A stretch of 64,000 nt of DNA, from the NCBI GenBank assembly GCA_051362555.1, contig CM120641.1:38012401-38076400 (forward strand). Direction: 5' to 3'. The DNA comes from Lingula anatina (lineage: Eukaryota; Animalia; Brachiopoda). Below, piece after piece: positions 12,401-26,200 of this stretch. Position numbers and translations under genes: made by a program. The notes beneath the pieces are model-generated. The model worked only from the letters and a program-made list of their open reading frames with translations. It was not told the origin of the DNA and searched no databases. Each line of letters starts with the position of its first letter. Within the stretch, counting starts at the first letter, position 1.

Positions 12401-13895
12401 CAAGGATGCCATCCAGTGTAAAGGGGGCTTAAGTCTGAGGACTGAGCACACTCTTTAAAGCTTTTTTGTCGACTGACTGAATTTCTATTAAACGTCTTAA
12501 TAATTACCTGGACTCCTGCTTAAGTTTCTCAGATACAGGTGTCCTGGCAGGTGTGGCAACCTGTTGTGGTGTTGGCCTGTACAATGAGGGTTGCACTGGG
12601 GAGCTTATTACTGTGGTATTGGGTCTGGAGGTATCTATATGTCCTGGAGAACAACAACAGAAAATGGCTAGAATTAAGTAATAAAAAATGATTAATTAAA
12701 CTTCAAACCAATATTAGACATCAGAGAGGGCTAGAAGTAAGTACTCAGTAACAATTTATGAATTAACATCTATATCAGAAAATTCGTAAAAAATGTGAAA
12801 AATAATTAAGCTTATTTCTAACCTACTAATGTGATCTGTAAAAGTCAACTTGTGCAAATATACATTTACATATATCTATCATATTTAAGCAATATTTATA
12901 TACCTATATCATTTATATCTATAAGATCAAAAAATGAAAAGATTTGGATATGCAGACCTCATAATTTCACAACCTTACATTCATCAATTTAAAAGTTTAT
13001 TTCCAATATAAAAACATTACCTTTCAATGGAAGGTCACCTGCTCGGAGTTTATTCAGTAAATCTGCCAGGTATTTTTTCTGACTTGGTTCCATACCCTGG
13101 ATATGAATGCTTTTAGAACTATTGTTTAACTGGATGATTATGCGACTTTTGTTTACCACATTTTTAACTGTTTCTTTGTTTAACTGAAACATGAAATGAA
13201 AAATATAAATTACTGAGTTATCTTCTAAATTGATATCATTTTAAGGGTGGCTGTGTTTTGAAATGCTAAATTATTTTATATAAGGCTGGGGTAGCGCTAG
13301 CAATTTTTTTCACTTAGCCAAATCACCACATTTTTGTCAATTTGTTATCAAAGTGGTTATAATTTGGCTAAAACATGTCAAATCAAGCCCTTTTTCTTCA
13401 GCCAATTTAAGTCAGTTTTAGCATTTGGCTAAATTGGCGAGTGTTAGCACTACCCCAGTAAGGTAATTCAATCAAAGTTGCCTTTAATGCATCTATAAAC
13501 CATCGCAAGAATTATTAACTTTACAATGTATATCACACATCTGAAACTAGATGACCAGATTTATAAACCAGTAATTTTAAAGTCGAGGGGGTGGGGAGAA
13601 GGGGTGCATACAGGATTCCTGATACTAGTCTTCTATTATGAGAGTTACATGTAGTCTGATTTCTAGTCAGAACGTCTCTTTTGTTGAAAAAAACTTTATA
13701 TCAGTAACTTCTTAGGCAAACATTTACCAAGTAACTTCCTTCAGTGGACCCAACCGCATATTTCACGGTGCATCTATAACCACCTCTTTCCTGCTGCATT
13801 ACAAGCTCCCCAGTCTTCCAACAGGTGCTTGTGCCGCCCATGCCTAGTCCCATGCAGCGAATGTTCCCAGGAAAATGCAACGGGCCCTCATCCAT
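1..13895 (-). CDS. USP37: Ubiquitin carboxyl-terminal hydrolase 37-like (USP37/26/29 family), multi-exon, 3' end runs off the window start
   Basis: ATG 13895 (MDEGPLHFPG..., N-terminal PH-like exons 13895-13728 and ~13185-13021). Cys box GFSNLGNTCYMNAILQSL at ~4603-4550; QDAHEFLCQVIDQLKEE at ~3975-3925; NPTVQNFEFEV and CEKCG exons; LPRIIILHLKR at ~2800. Several UIM motifs at 1-1815 (e.g. SEEDQLQAALEMSLQE). GT-AG introns. His box not in window. Confidence 0.88.
3326..3460. mobile_element. Small non-autonomous DNA element (CAGGGAT...ATCCCTG ends)
   Basis: Short terminal inverted repeat cagggat / atccctg in a USP37 intron; TSD not clear. Confidence 0.4.
6281..6648. mobile_element. TTAA-flanked MITE (Kolobok-like), dispersed family copy 1
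   Basis: Starts ttaaaaggacaacaact, ends agttgttatccctttaa; internal sequence shared with 34848-35347, 35848-36160 and ~28975-29190. Confidence 0.65.
7380..7922. mobile_element. Nested MITE, PIF/Harbinger-like
   Basis: TIR accccattcacactac / gtagtgtgaatggggt; interrupts the left TIR of the outer element with an apparent 3-bp duplication (aag). Confidence 0.7.
8262..8479. mobile_element. Tourist/PIF-like MITE, copy 1
   Basis: TAA on both sides; TIR attcccatagat / atctctgggaat; closely related copy at 10202-10432 and a diverged relative at ~45335-45573. Confidence 0.75.
8877..9610 (-). mobile_element. Internally deleted hAT transposon remnant with C-terminal dimerisation domain
   Basis: ORF 9137-9442 has LYPFFCKLGIMALVIPIGSVPCERGFSCMNRIHTKSRSRL, matching the hAT dimerisation motif (S..CERxFS); imperfect ends caaggtttccactag / ctaactggaactctg. 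Confidence 0.8.
10202..10432. mobile_element. Tourist/PIF-like MITE, copy 2
   Basis: Aligns along its length with 8262-8479; TAA flanks. Confidence 0.75.
10500..11230 (+). mobile_element. 5'-truncated, decayed non-LTR retrotransposon (ORF2 C-terminus plus 3' tail)
   Basis: Frameshifted peptides KLRTYSTFKKDFKRE / FRISAHNLAI / RLCTLCNMCSVKDEFHF (CxxC..E..H end of LINE ORF2); aataaa followed by a short ctgtatctg tail at ~11214. Confidence 0.65.
13286..13458. mobile_element. MITE with 5-bp TSD
   Basis: TIR ctggggtagcgcta / tagcactaccccag, flanked by taagg on both sides; internal tttggcta / agccaa sub-repeats. Confidence 0.8.
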
Positions 13896-14199
13896 CGTGG
13901 CTGAACATTGAATAAAGCGTAAGAATAAATCAGGGCTTTAATAAACACGACCAGTCTTTGACGAGATCATACTCCAACAAGACCATACTCATATAATCAG
14001 CAATTTAAAACTTATTATAGTACCCTTCCGACTCAAAAGAATATAAAATACGGCCAACAGAATTAATATCATCACACATTTATTTTGTTTCATTTTACCC
14101 CTTTTTCCAAGTACATTATCTAATACTAGCGATATTGTTTGACGGTTTCAGGAAAGGTTAACTATTTTAACTAAGAACTGAGCTGAAAAACGAAAATCT

Positions 14200-14420
14200 T
14201 ACCAGACAATAATCACTTACGATGTTTCTCTTTGCCAATTCTATCTTTACACACACATATTTCGCGGGAGATATCGATGTACTAAAATCCTTAACTTCCG
14301 GTAGATATTGAGCCAATCAAATTCCTTGATTAAGTTGGCCGCCATATTGAATTTGCACCTGCACCCTCGCGAAGATAAGCTTATTTATACATATTTGTTT
14401 GAAAACATGGTTTAAGAAAC
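14200..14420. promoter_or_regulatory. Bidirectional promoter between USP37 and CCNY
   Basis: Divergent genes with start codons ~680 bp apart. CpG-enriched, with ETS-like acttccgg (~14295), CCAAT (~14313) and YY1-like gccgccatattg (~14338). Minus-strand splice donors at ~14202 and ~14220 mark a USP37 5' UTR exon. Confidence 0.65.
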
Positions 14421-14578
14421 ACTGAAGACTTCTGCGGCGGTAAGGTAGTTGCAGAATGGTCCCTTATTGTACACTGCCTTCATCGATAGCAAGGCCTTTC
14501 ATGATACACCACAACGTCAACGGCGAGAATTGAGCGGTAGGATTTCTTTGTCGTTGTCACCGCCCGGTGTTTGTAAAG

Positions 14579-17500
14579 ATGGGAAACAAGGTTGCTTGCT
14601 GTGTTTATAGTACCCCAAAAAGCAGCAGAAAGAAATACGAGGAACGATACCAACCGGCTGAACCTGAGAGTTCACCAAATCAGCCCAATGCAACTAACTT
14701 ACAGCACATTAGCGAGAGGGAGCCTGAAGGTTTGTATCGTACATGTACAGTACGGGTATAGCCTAACATTTCATTTACAGTCTGTAGCTAGCCCGTTATA
14801 TTTGTATTAATTTAAGAAAAAAAAAACCCAAACCCTCAGTATGACCATAATTCATGTTAATCGATGCTATCATGATAAGTTATGATGTTAAGTAGAAATA
14901 TTGGTTTATTGGGAGACATTGGTATAAGGAAGGGAGTTGATCATTTACATGTATGTTTTGGTCGTTTACAAAGTGAGCTTTCAGGGGTTGCACAGATATA
15001 AAGGAACTTGAATAGTTTTTAAATTGCTCCAAGGTTTCATTCAGCTATATTATGTGATGTACATCTAACTGCTCATAGACCTTTAACATATTATATATCA
15101 CTCAGGTGTTCAGTTATAAGTGTTATTGGAGATGACAAGTTATATTCTGATCATATTCTGGGAGCACATTTACCTAAAACTCTTTCATAGGTGACAGATA
15201 TTAGACATTATTGAAGTGGTAATGTCCTCAACATATTGCTCATTCAAGCTGTCCATGAAATCTGAAGATGTAAAAGTAAAACCACAAAGACAGTCAACAA
15301 CCTCCACCAGCAATTTTGGACCAATGGGTTATTAACTATACTCATTCCAGCAGTATGCAGCAGCACAGTGCAACAAAGAAAAAAAAAAGAAAAAAAAATA
15401 GTCCAGTCCCAAGTAACACAGGAAACAATCATTCTTAACAAAATGTGATGATATTAATGTAAAATTTATTACCAGATAATTATTTTCATTGATACAACTT
15501 AAGAAATCGACACGACTTGTTTACCCTCAGGTCGTAGGCCATGTTGGTGAGTAATGCTTCTTTGCAATATTATGGACGACCCGACATAAACAAATCATAC
15601 CGATTTGTTTAGTTGTATCACTTGTATGACATTTTGTGAAATATGACAAAACCTTTTATGATCTACAATTTCACAAAGACAACCATCATGCCATTAAGAT
15701 TTTAATGTTATTGATGGATAAGTGTGAGCTTGAACTGGAGAAGAATGATTTGAAAAAATAGGAACATCTGCAAGTGTCATTTTTTAATAAGTTGGGATAC
15801 TTTTATGTCCTCATCATTGGTCTACATAAATACAGATTAGAATGATCATTGTTTTCTTTAATTGGTTGAGGTGCTTTTATGTCTACATAAAAAGAAATTG
15901 AAATGATTTTTTCTTTGTATGAAGCCTATAAAAGTTTAAATATTTGAATATTTTGTAAAAGTTAACAGTTATTGGTTTCTGGTAGATACATGCAATGCCT
16001 GATATGTATAACATGCTGGTGCATGGGAAGAAATTAAAATTGTATGTATGCATGCAGTGATATGATCTATGTTGTAAACCTTTGTATGATATGCAAATAT
16101 ATGTATGTGACACATTTTTCATAACAGCTTTCTTTCATGTTGATATGTAGGCACCAGCTTTATGCTACAAAATCTTCCCATGATATGTTTCCAGTATAAT
16201 CATTTCAGTGATACTACTAGTTTAATTAAATGAGTTTGTGTGTAATTGAAATCATAATTATGTACATAGCATGTGTAAAGACTCATTTAGTTTTGTTTTA
16301 ATTTTCAGAGACAGATGGTGATCCATCAAATCATCCTACAACTGGGACACTATTTCTGTCAAGATCAAAAGCAGACCTGCAAAAATTAGCAAGTGAGTAT
16401 AGGAAGCGGCTATTTTCCTAGTTTAGCTTACTATTTGATATTTTAAACAACCTGTTTCTTGCAATGAATTGTTTTAAAATTTGAAAAAAAAGTTATTCAT
16501 ATTATTTGAAATAATATTTGGAAAATAACATAATCTTGTGAGGATAAAAAATCTAGAATATAAAAGTTGATATTTGACAGCATCATTTCTTTGTGTAACA
16601 TTATCCTGTTGTATATATGTACCAACTGAAGAAATTGCATGATAACTCGTAAGCTGATATTTTTCCTTAGTCTAGGAGCTGTTAATAGACTTAAGTCTGA
16701 GAAAGACTTATATATGTACATTCACTGCATGCAGCTTGATATTGTTTGCTGTTATTTGATTTTATTTTGTCATTTGGGTTCGTCCACATTGATTAGTTTT
16801 GTATACACAGTATTGATGTCAATTCTCGGTCCTTATGCACTGGTGTTAAGTGATGTGCAAATATGTATCCTATTGTGGTTTTTGCAAAACCAGCAATGTG
16901 TTTATCATCAATAAGATGCACATTAGTGAAGGCATGATCATGGATAAGTTTTTCTTTTGTTCACTGACATTTTGATTAGCCGTATAATAACACTGGTTAT
17001 TATGTTTTCAGACGCCAAAGTGAATCGTCGCAAAAGTCAATATGATAACCATGTAAGTGTGTTGGCACATGTTAGTGGTCTAGCAAGAGAAATAATTTTT
17101 GGCCTAATGATGCTTGTTTCAGTGAATAACTTGTGTAATAAATATAAATATATATTATCACTGCAACTTGGCCATTACCCAAATTTAAAGTCTCGCAGCT
17201 AGTGAATAAATAACAGGCAATAACTGGGTTTAAAAAGTTTTATAGAAAGTGAAATGAATTCCCAATCATTATTTCCCGACATCACAGTGGTTCTAAAACT
17301 TCTAATACTTGTCCTATATAGGCCTTGTGCACTCTACAAAGTTATATCAAATTATTGTATTACTTGTAAGGGATTCTGTGCCCCCCCCTCCCAAACCACC
17401 ACCACCAGCATATACTGCACAAGGGTTAATTTTCATACAAACCATTCTTTTTTTTCTCAACCAAAGTGTATTGTACTCTCATGTTTGTAGTGTTTTCTTA

Positions 17501-19735
17501 TTTCCACAGGTTCACAACCATGGCAAGTTGCACAAAAAATACAGCTCTTGTTCTACGATCTATCTTGATGACTCCACGGTTACCCAGCCTAACCTTAAAA
17601 ATACAATCAAAGCCGTAGCATTAGCCAGTTATTTACATATCAAGAACAGAGACAAAACAAACAATCATGTCCATTTAGATTCAAAATTTCTAGAGACATT
17701 TGATGAGAAACTTCACCCCTTGACGGTAAGTTGAGGAAATCAAGACTTTTGTAGTGTTTATTATTTTGTTTTCCTTAACTTGATGTCATATAGTTAAAAT
17801 TATGATTTAAACAATTGCTACATATTTGTGATCATATAAACTGATTGATATCTCGAAAAGCATTAAGTATTTAAGATGACCATTGTGTGAAAGGCAAGCC
17901 AGCACCTATCCTGAAAATGATCTTAACAATTTACAAAGATTTTTCTATCTGTTTTCAGCGTGATACTGTTCCTGATGATTATGATCAAAGGGACCCTGAA
18001 CATAAAACTATCTATCGATTTATCAGGACATTATTTAGTGCTGCACAGTTAACAGCAGAATGTGCCATTGTAACCTTGGTAAGTGAGAAGTCTTTTCAGA
18101 GTTTTAGGTGTCTATGGTCTCAAAACATCATCTCTTATATAATCGTCTTATAAAGAGATATACAGCTGCAGAGATATACTGGTTTCAAATTTAGGGCTTT
18201 TTAAGATAAAAAGTCACTGTGTCGAACCTTAATATCTTCATTCTGTTTCTACTTCTACACATATACACAAGCAGAGATCTGTAAAGCATGTTTGTCAAAT
18301 ACTAGTTATGTTCTGAGACTGTTTTCAGACTTAAACGTGCATTATTACACCTCCACTCATAAACACACACACAGTGACCCCCCCCCCCCCCCCCCCACAC
18401 ACACACACAGATAACTAAAGTATATTAAAGTATATTTGAAGTATATTTGTCATATTCTAGGTGTACTTAGAGCGGCTGCTAACTTATGCAGAGATTGAGA
18501 TGCACCCAGGGAACTGGAAGCGAATGGTGCTTGGTGCAATATTGCTGGCCTCGAAGGTTTGGGATGACCAGGCAGTGTGGAACGTGGACTTCTGCCAAAT
18601 TTTAAAGGACACGTCTGTAGAGGACATGTGAGTTGACGTAATATTTATTGGTATTGTGAATTATTTATTTTTTCATGGTTTTCTTTGTTCATATCAGATG
18701 GTTATACTTACACATTGCAACCTTACATAAACAAATTTGGCTTCATGCATGGTTTCCTTTATGGGTTGAAAACATTTTAAATTTCAAAGGTGATATCTCC
18801 CAAAAGGTGGGGTATACAAATGGTCTTGATGTTGGAAAAAACTCTTTGGAGGACATATAATTTTTAAGGGCATGTTGCTGCTGTTTTTGTCACGATCCAA
18901 AACTTTACTCCTGCCAGTGAAAACTAGGAATAGATAACTTATGATAGTGTGAAAGTCATTATAAATCTTTTTGTATTTCAGGAATGAGCTGGAGCGTCAG
19001 TTCCTAGAACTACTTCAGTTCAACATTAATGTTCCCTCCAGTGTGTATGCCAAGTATTATTTTGATCTGCGGTCACTGGCAGATGCTCATGAACTCAGTC
19101 TGTCATTTGAAGCTCTGAGCAAAGAAAAGGCTTTGAAACTAGAGGTAGGTTGATGCTCAGATAGAGGAAACGGTGTCTTTTTCTGCGCATATGTTTCTGA
19201 GAACTTCAGAATTTTAAAATTTTTATGTAAGGTGTTGTGTAGTAATTTCACGAAAAAAATCAAATATTTATAAATTTACTTTAAAAAATGGTATTTTCCC
19301 CAACTTTCAAACCTTGGATCTTTTTGTCCTGACAACTGCCATAACTCTGTTACAATGTGGGGGAATTGAAAGTCCTAACTCACACTTAAGCACAATTCAT
19401 ATCTATGTCAGGATATTGATTGATGGCAAGGTTCATCAGGTGGTAATTAAATTTTAGCTAGTAGCTTTAATTCATGGCATTTTTATGTCAAGAAATGATA
19501 AAAAAAGCATTATTCATCTTGAGATACCTTCAACAAGAAGTGCTCTTAAAGTGTGTCTTACACCTTGTCTCTTAAAGTTGCTGTTTACCTTTAATATCAT
19601 TCTCTTTCATTGAAGGCATTGTCAAGTGTGTGTCAGGATAGATTGAAAGACTCCATCAAAACCACTTTGAAGCGGACCCATAGTTTGGATGGACTGACCA
19701 GTTTGAAAAGAAGCAGCAAAGCAATATTGTCTTGA
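14579..19735 (+). CDS. CCNY: Cyclin Y
   Basis: Exons ~14579-14729, 16309-16392, 17011-17052, 17510-17725, 17959-18078, 18461-18627, 18982-19144, 19616-19735. N-terminus MGNKVACC (myristoylation/palmitoylation type); [86 protein letters not shown]; ends AILS-stop. Confidence 0.95.
15490..15620. repeat. Short foldback/MITE-like inverted repeat in CCNY intron 1
   Basis: tgatacaact..aaatcg is inverted with cgattt..agttgtatca; inner arms also partly complementary. Confidence 0.55.
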
Positions 19736-21306
19736 CATCTTGGTGATGATCTACAGGGAAAAGAGTGAGGACCAAGGAAGAGTCAGCTGTATATGACCAG
19801 TCAGGACTGAGTCCATAATGCCGGCCAAAGGAGTTTGGATTTGGGAGGATGCAATATCCCAATAACACTGTAATATCTCATGCTCATTTCGATTGTCAAC
19901 AGTGTTCAAAGAACAGATAGTAGTCCATGTTTACAAAAATAAATTCCCCTTCTGTCTTGTAGCTCATAGGCCACATAAACCCTGACAGGCATTTTAGAAA
20001 GGTAGTACTGTTCTGCATTGTAGGGCACATTTTAAATTGTAACATAGTTACTGGCACAGGACTGCTCCTGATATACCATTTCCAGGGTTCAGTACTCGGG
20101 GGGGGAATTTCCCATAGGTCTTGAAACAGTATCCCCTGCATGATGTTCACTATAATACTCAGCTCATTAACCATTATGTGCAACAGACCCTTGTAATCAT
20201 GTACCTGAAAGCCAGTGAGAAATGGTTGGCCCTACACAGCAAGTGGATGTGGTAAAACGTGGTACAGAAGTACTGGCTGCTAGATTTTTTTACAGAAAAT
20301 GTTCATCATTCCACCTCAAATGAAGCACAAGGGGAAATATGTTATGTTGTTTTTAAAGGAGATAAAGTATTATCAGATGTTATAATGTGAATTTTGATAA
20401 ACAAGAGCAGAGGTATCTGTGGGGCAGTTCTCTGGGAGAAAAAAAATTAATGTGCAGTCACAGATAAATATTAGATCGAGGGGATTTAGTAATAAAAGCT
20501 TCTCATTATTATGCTTTTATTTATTGCCATAAATACTTATTTTATTCTTATATAGTGTATATGTGTAGTATGTATGTGATATAGAGTCCAATAAATCTGT
20601 GATTATAGTTGGATCAACTTGGGTTTTATTGTCAATTCTGATTTCAAAACTAACACGGGGAACACTTTTCCTAAATTTCATCATGAAGTTGAATGTTCTT
20701 GTTCAAGTGACACCATTAAAGAAAACAAAAGTCATGAAGTTTGGGAAAATTTACCCTTTTATATGCCGTTGATCAAATTTTTACAAATGTTTGTCCCTCA
20801 AAAAGGAAGGCATTTGGTCATAGATGTTCTTTTGTCACAAACTAATATTTTCTGAAACATTCAATTTAATGTCAATTTCATTTAAACATTTGTCTGTGTC
20901 AAAAACTATCAGTTTGTAACATAAGAACATTTGTGACCAAACATCATCAAACCGATGAACTTATTTCAATAAGGAAGACATTTGATGCAAAACCATTTGC
21001 AAAATAGTCATTCTTAGACAATCAGATACAATCTCTTGTCAATTCAACAGGATCACCGGTGAAATTAATTCAAAATACTGAGTTTAATCAGTTTTCTGCA
21101 GCAACCTCTTCAATCAAAGGTCTAAAATTTACTGAACATCTACTGAGGTTATATTTCTAAGCATTTTTACATTGACAGTGTGATGTTCTTCAAACTTTTC
21201 TACGTAAGTTACTAATGGAAGCTGTTTACTATAAGATCTAGCTATGTAGTAGGATTATATCATATAATATACTATATAATATACTATACTCAAAGAAAAC
21301 TTGTTC

Positions 21307-21422
<116 letters not shown>

Positions 21423-23218
21423 CTTCGCATTGTGTATACTCACACATAATCTAGATTAAAACTACAGTCAACAACCACATAAACAAGCAGATTTGTACCA
21501 TTTAAAGTGTGTCAGTAAATGTGAGTAATGTCTGAAAAAAATCAATCTTTCTCAAATTACCAAGCAGCTCAATTTCTGTAATGTCCTATTGGCACAGAAA
21601 TAGTATAAATAGTGATCAACCCTAGTTATTAGTGAATATCAAGTAAGTGCACAACCACAAAACTACTGGTGGGTTTCTGTATCAAGTGTTACATACCGGG
21701 GGCTTGAGCAATTAAAGTTAAACCAATAGTATAAGTAAATAAATGTGAAGCATCCTCCCTACATTATCCCACCTTCAAAATACTTTCACACTCCTATTGG
21801 TGGGGTAAAAAAGATGGAAAAGCTAAAGCAACCTCTTAGAGCATAGCACAACAACACTAAATGTGAACATACCCATGGCAGACATAATGTAAATTATTTG
21901 AGCAAACGATGTTTTGTCCAAAATTTTCTTATAAAAATGTTATTCTTCACCTGTATGTACTAAATATCACAACAATACAATCTATTTTCCAAGATTGATC
22001 AAAATGATTGTGGAAATTTTGATCAACTTCTTTTGATCATAATCCTCCTATACAAAAATGTATTATTATCATCTACTACAAATTTACAATAATAATAATA
22101 TTATTATTAATTTGTTTAGTGTAAATATATATTAAGTAAATCAGGTGGATAAAAATAACAATGTTAAATAACATGTCTCACCAGCCTTGATCATTGTTCT
22201 GTCTCTTTGATTCAACAGATCTTAGTAATTTGAGAATGAAACATCATCTAGGAATTAGCAGAATTTTTCTGTTTACCCAATATAATGAGCACTGCAAGCA
22301 CTTGACAACTAGGCAAGCTTGCAATCTAAAGTCAATATGACTAAATTCTAAGCAGTAGTTCAATGGCTTTATAACAATAAAAAAAACATTCACAAGTTTT
22401 CTTAAATGTATATGATCAACAAATTCAATCAACTAACAGCTGCTAAAATACATAATCAGCTCAATACTGAAAAACTTATTTGAGGTCATTTCTGTTTAAC
22501 ACTTGTACTAAAATTGTGACAGCTAATGTTGTCTGTATTATGAGCATGTTATCAATGAAATATGAACAGATACCTTAATGTTTCCAGTTTTACAAGAAAA
22601 AAAAAATTGTCAGCAATATACATACATCTGCCATACATCACAAAATTTATTTGTAAGGGACAGTTGATATGAATACAGTAACTATAATTGTTTCCAAATT
22701 AAAAAAAAATCACTGTTAAAAAAGATAGCCCTATTGATTATGGACATTGCACTATTACTTAATCCAGCCTGACACAGTGACTTTCACATTATTTTTGGAT
22801 GTTTTCCCCAAAGCAGCATGCAAGACCTGATCAAGCTTCCATTTCATACAATATAATAATTATCCACCATATATTAACTTTTTGCACTGTAAGACCAATC
22901 AAAAGCTATGAGATATTATTCCAATCGGGGTGGGGATTTTGACACCATTTTCATTTTGTACTACCACTTATAATATCAAACAGTTAAGACACATAGTATT
23001 ACATATCAAGGTTTTACCAGTAGTCTTGCTAGCTATTTTTTACGTAAATGTTCGCCTTATATTGACAATTTTGTGACTGAATTGTTTTACTTGATAGAAT
23101 CTATAGATGGCCATTGTTGACATGAAATTCACTAGTAGTCCTTTTAAAGTAGCTCTCATCAAATTCTCATTTGAACTGTTCTCTAGGTATTTAGGCATGT
23201 AGAATTTGTCCATAGCTT

Positions 23219-26200
23219 CTAATCAGAGTGGAAAGCACTGTATGTAGCATACCACAGTTCTCCTGAATGCTTCAGTGTTCTGGCAAAACAAGACAGATTT
23301 TTGAGATATGGCAAAGAACTCGATTCAAATCATGTACTCAAATATGACATAATTTGCTTAAGGAACCATGCAACATTTAAATGTAAAAAAAAATTATTGA
23401 GAAGGTAAATTTTTGGAAGTGCTGTTAATCAAATGAAACTATGTAATTGAATCAGAGGTGTACTTAACCTCCAAATAATTTGAAAAAAATGTAGTAATCA
23501 TGCATGATTGTTTTGCATTTCTTTCTGTCAGAAAATAAAGAAAAATATTCATGAAACTTATATACCTGACGATGTCTTTGAAGGCGGTTGACAGCTTCTT
23601 TACTTCATGCTTAATACCATGTTTCTTACACAATTCTTTCACCATAGGTTGCACCTTGTAATAGTTGTGTCTGGGCATGGTTGGAAATAGGCTAAAAACA
23701 TCAAATATTTACTCAATCATTTATAATCACTCTTGAGAATTAAAAACCTACATAACTACCAGTAACACAAAATATCTATCTTTACTTGAACTACTGGCAC
23801 CTCAAAAGTAAACAAACATCAGTGAAAAATCACTATATCATATTTGCATTCCTACGTGTCCATCAAACCAAATCTTTGCCTACAAAATTATATTGACAAT
23901 ACACCTTTGTATATTGATCCATATTTGCTTAACCACGTTTCATTAAATGAATAACAAATGCATACATACTGGTGTTCTATCTGGAAGTTGAGATGTCCAG
24001 TAAACCAGTCATTAAAAAATGACTGCTCCACATCGCATGTTGCATGCATCTATGAAAGAAATTAACAGTGCAAGTATCACTTGGCAAATACACATTGTCA
24101 TCTACAAAAATAATTATGTTTGTGGATATTATCTAAATAAATAATGTTATATTTTACCTGCTAATTGGAAAGTCACATAAGTGTTTATTCCATGAACACA
24201 AAGGGATAAGGCAGCTTGGGAATTTTTGCCTTCTGATTACTTAAAAAGACAATGTTAAGCAGTGGTTGTCACATGCTTAATTTTCTTTGAGTGCTTTACA
24301 CAGAGGAAAAGCCTTTTTTGCAGAGAAAATGTTTGGAACTTTTATCCATCCTCCTCATTTCATGTTCTACTCCCCCAGCAGCCACTTTTTATAATCCGAA
24401 GAACGGCTGTTTGGATCAGCATATTTTTCATGTTTCATATTAATTTGAAAGTTTTCCTGAGACAGTTGTTTTATGGTAATTAGGTTATTAGGAAATTAGG
24501 AACACAAATGTGTCTAGCATACCTGGAGTGGCATCCATGGCTCCTCCTTGTCCTCATCAATCTCCATAGGAATGTGGTTACTCTGAGTAACCCAAGTGAA
24601 CCAATGACTTTCTACACATCTGAATATATAGGGCACCATAGCTTATATGAAATCAATTATCTTTTCAATTCATATTACAATTATTCAAGTGTCATTGTTA
24701 TAATGAATATTTAGTAATTTCAAACTAGATGTTTGTAGAAAAGATATAAAAGAAACAGCAACAAGAAATAAGACAACAAAATGTTTGTCACTCCAAGTTC
24801 AACGGAAACCTTTAAGGCATAGTTAATTCTTATTGAAACTATATCAGTTACTGTATTTACAATTCAATTTCAAACTAAAAGATAAATTTGACAAACCTTC
24901 CATGAGAAATTACTATGAACAAAATGAAAGAATGTTTTACAAATTGGCCAATTAAAAAAATATGTGGTTATAATTTGGGACCAGGGATTACAGTTATAGC
25001 TACATGCCTGTCTAAACCATTGCTATATAACTTGCAAATTTTTGTCCACTGATGATTCTTTTATTACAGAATATATACAAAAAATGTTTTTATTTCATTC
25101 AAATTAGCTCTCCAAACATTGCCTTACCTTATTGTAAAATAAAACAGAATGGTTCCTCCGACGCCTAACAGTGGGGTATACAGGTAAAATAGCTTTGCAA
25201 AGAACAATGATACAGTGAAGAGGTCCTAGAACATCAAAATGATCTAAATCAGCTGGCTAACTCACATCATTTTTAAGTCTACAATTCACACTTTGTTATT
25301 AGTCTGCAATTTGATATGATACATTTGTACAGAGGTGGACAATTAAATAAAGCACATATCCATGTAAAATGTATCTCTTTAGTAAAGCATTTCACCTGAA
25401 TAAATTACTATTACATACCAGCCACTTTTTTCTGGTGAAGATGTGTCTGAACAGCATTATCTGAAAGTACACTGGGAAGAGCAGGGGTGGTCCAACTGGA
25501 ATGAAGTTCAAAAGCAGCTATTAAGTGATAGTCTCTTAAAAATGACACATACACATTCCTTCAAAAACTCTACTTGCAACTAACAATCATATTTAACAAA
25601 ACAATCCGTATTACCCTCAGAAATAAAAAATTTATCTTCAATTTCAGGTGGTATTTTAATTCTTGTAAAAATGGAGAAATCAAATGGAGAAAATAGATAT
25701 ACTTACTGACAAAAAAATACTTGTGTTGCAGATTGTACGGCATGGAATTTTTCTTTTTCTTGGCAATCTAAAAGAATATATACAAATGCTATATTTCACT
25801 CAGTCTGTATTAAATAAATGCAGGAAATAAAAAAATATAATCTTATTACAAAACTTCTGAAAACTAGAACAATGTTTTCTTTTGTGCATGGCAAACTTTT
25901 ATGATTTGTCTTCGATAAGACATATTTAAAGTGTTGGTTTCTATTCCCTGCCCTCACCTTAACAGGCATAGTCTCACCAACCACAAATAACTCCTCCAGC
26001 CTGACATCAGGGTCCTTACCCATCTAAAATAACAATAACAATAATGTCCAGAAACAAGTGATATAGATAAATAGATACAAAAACTGTCATAACAATATTG
26101 TGACCAGAGATGGATAGTATGCATTTATACTTAAGAAATGTCATCAGAAAGATGGAATAAGCAGTTTTGCAAATTTAAGATAAAATTATGGCATTCAGAG

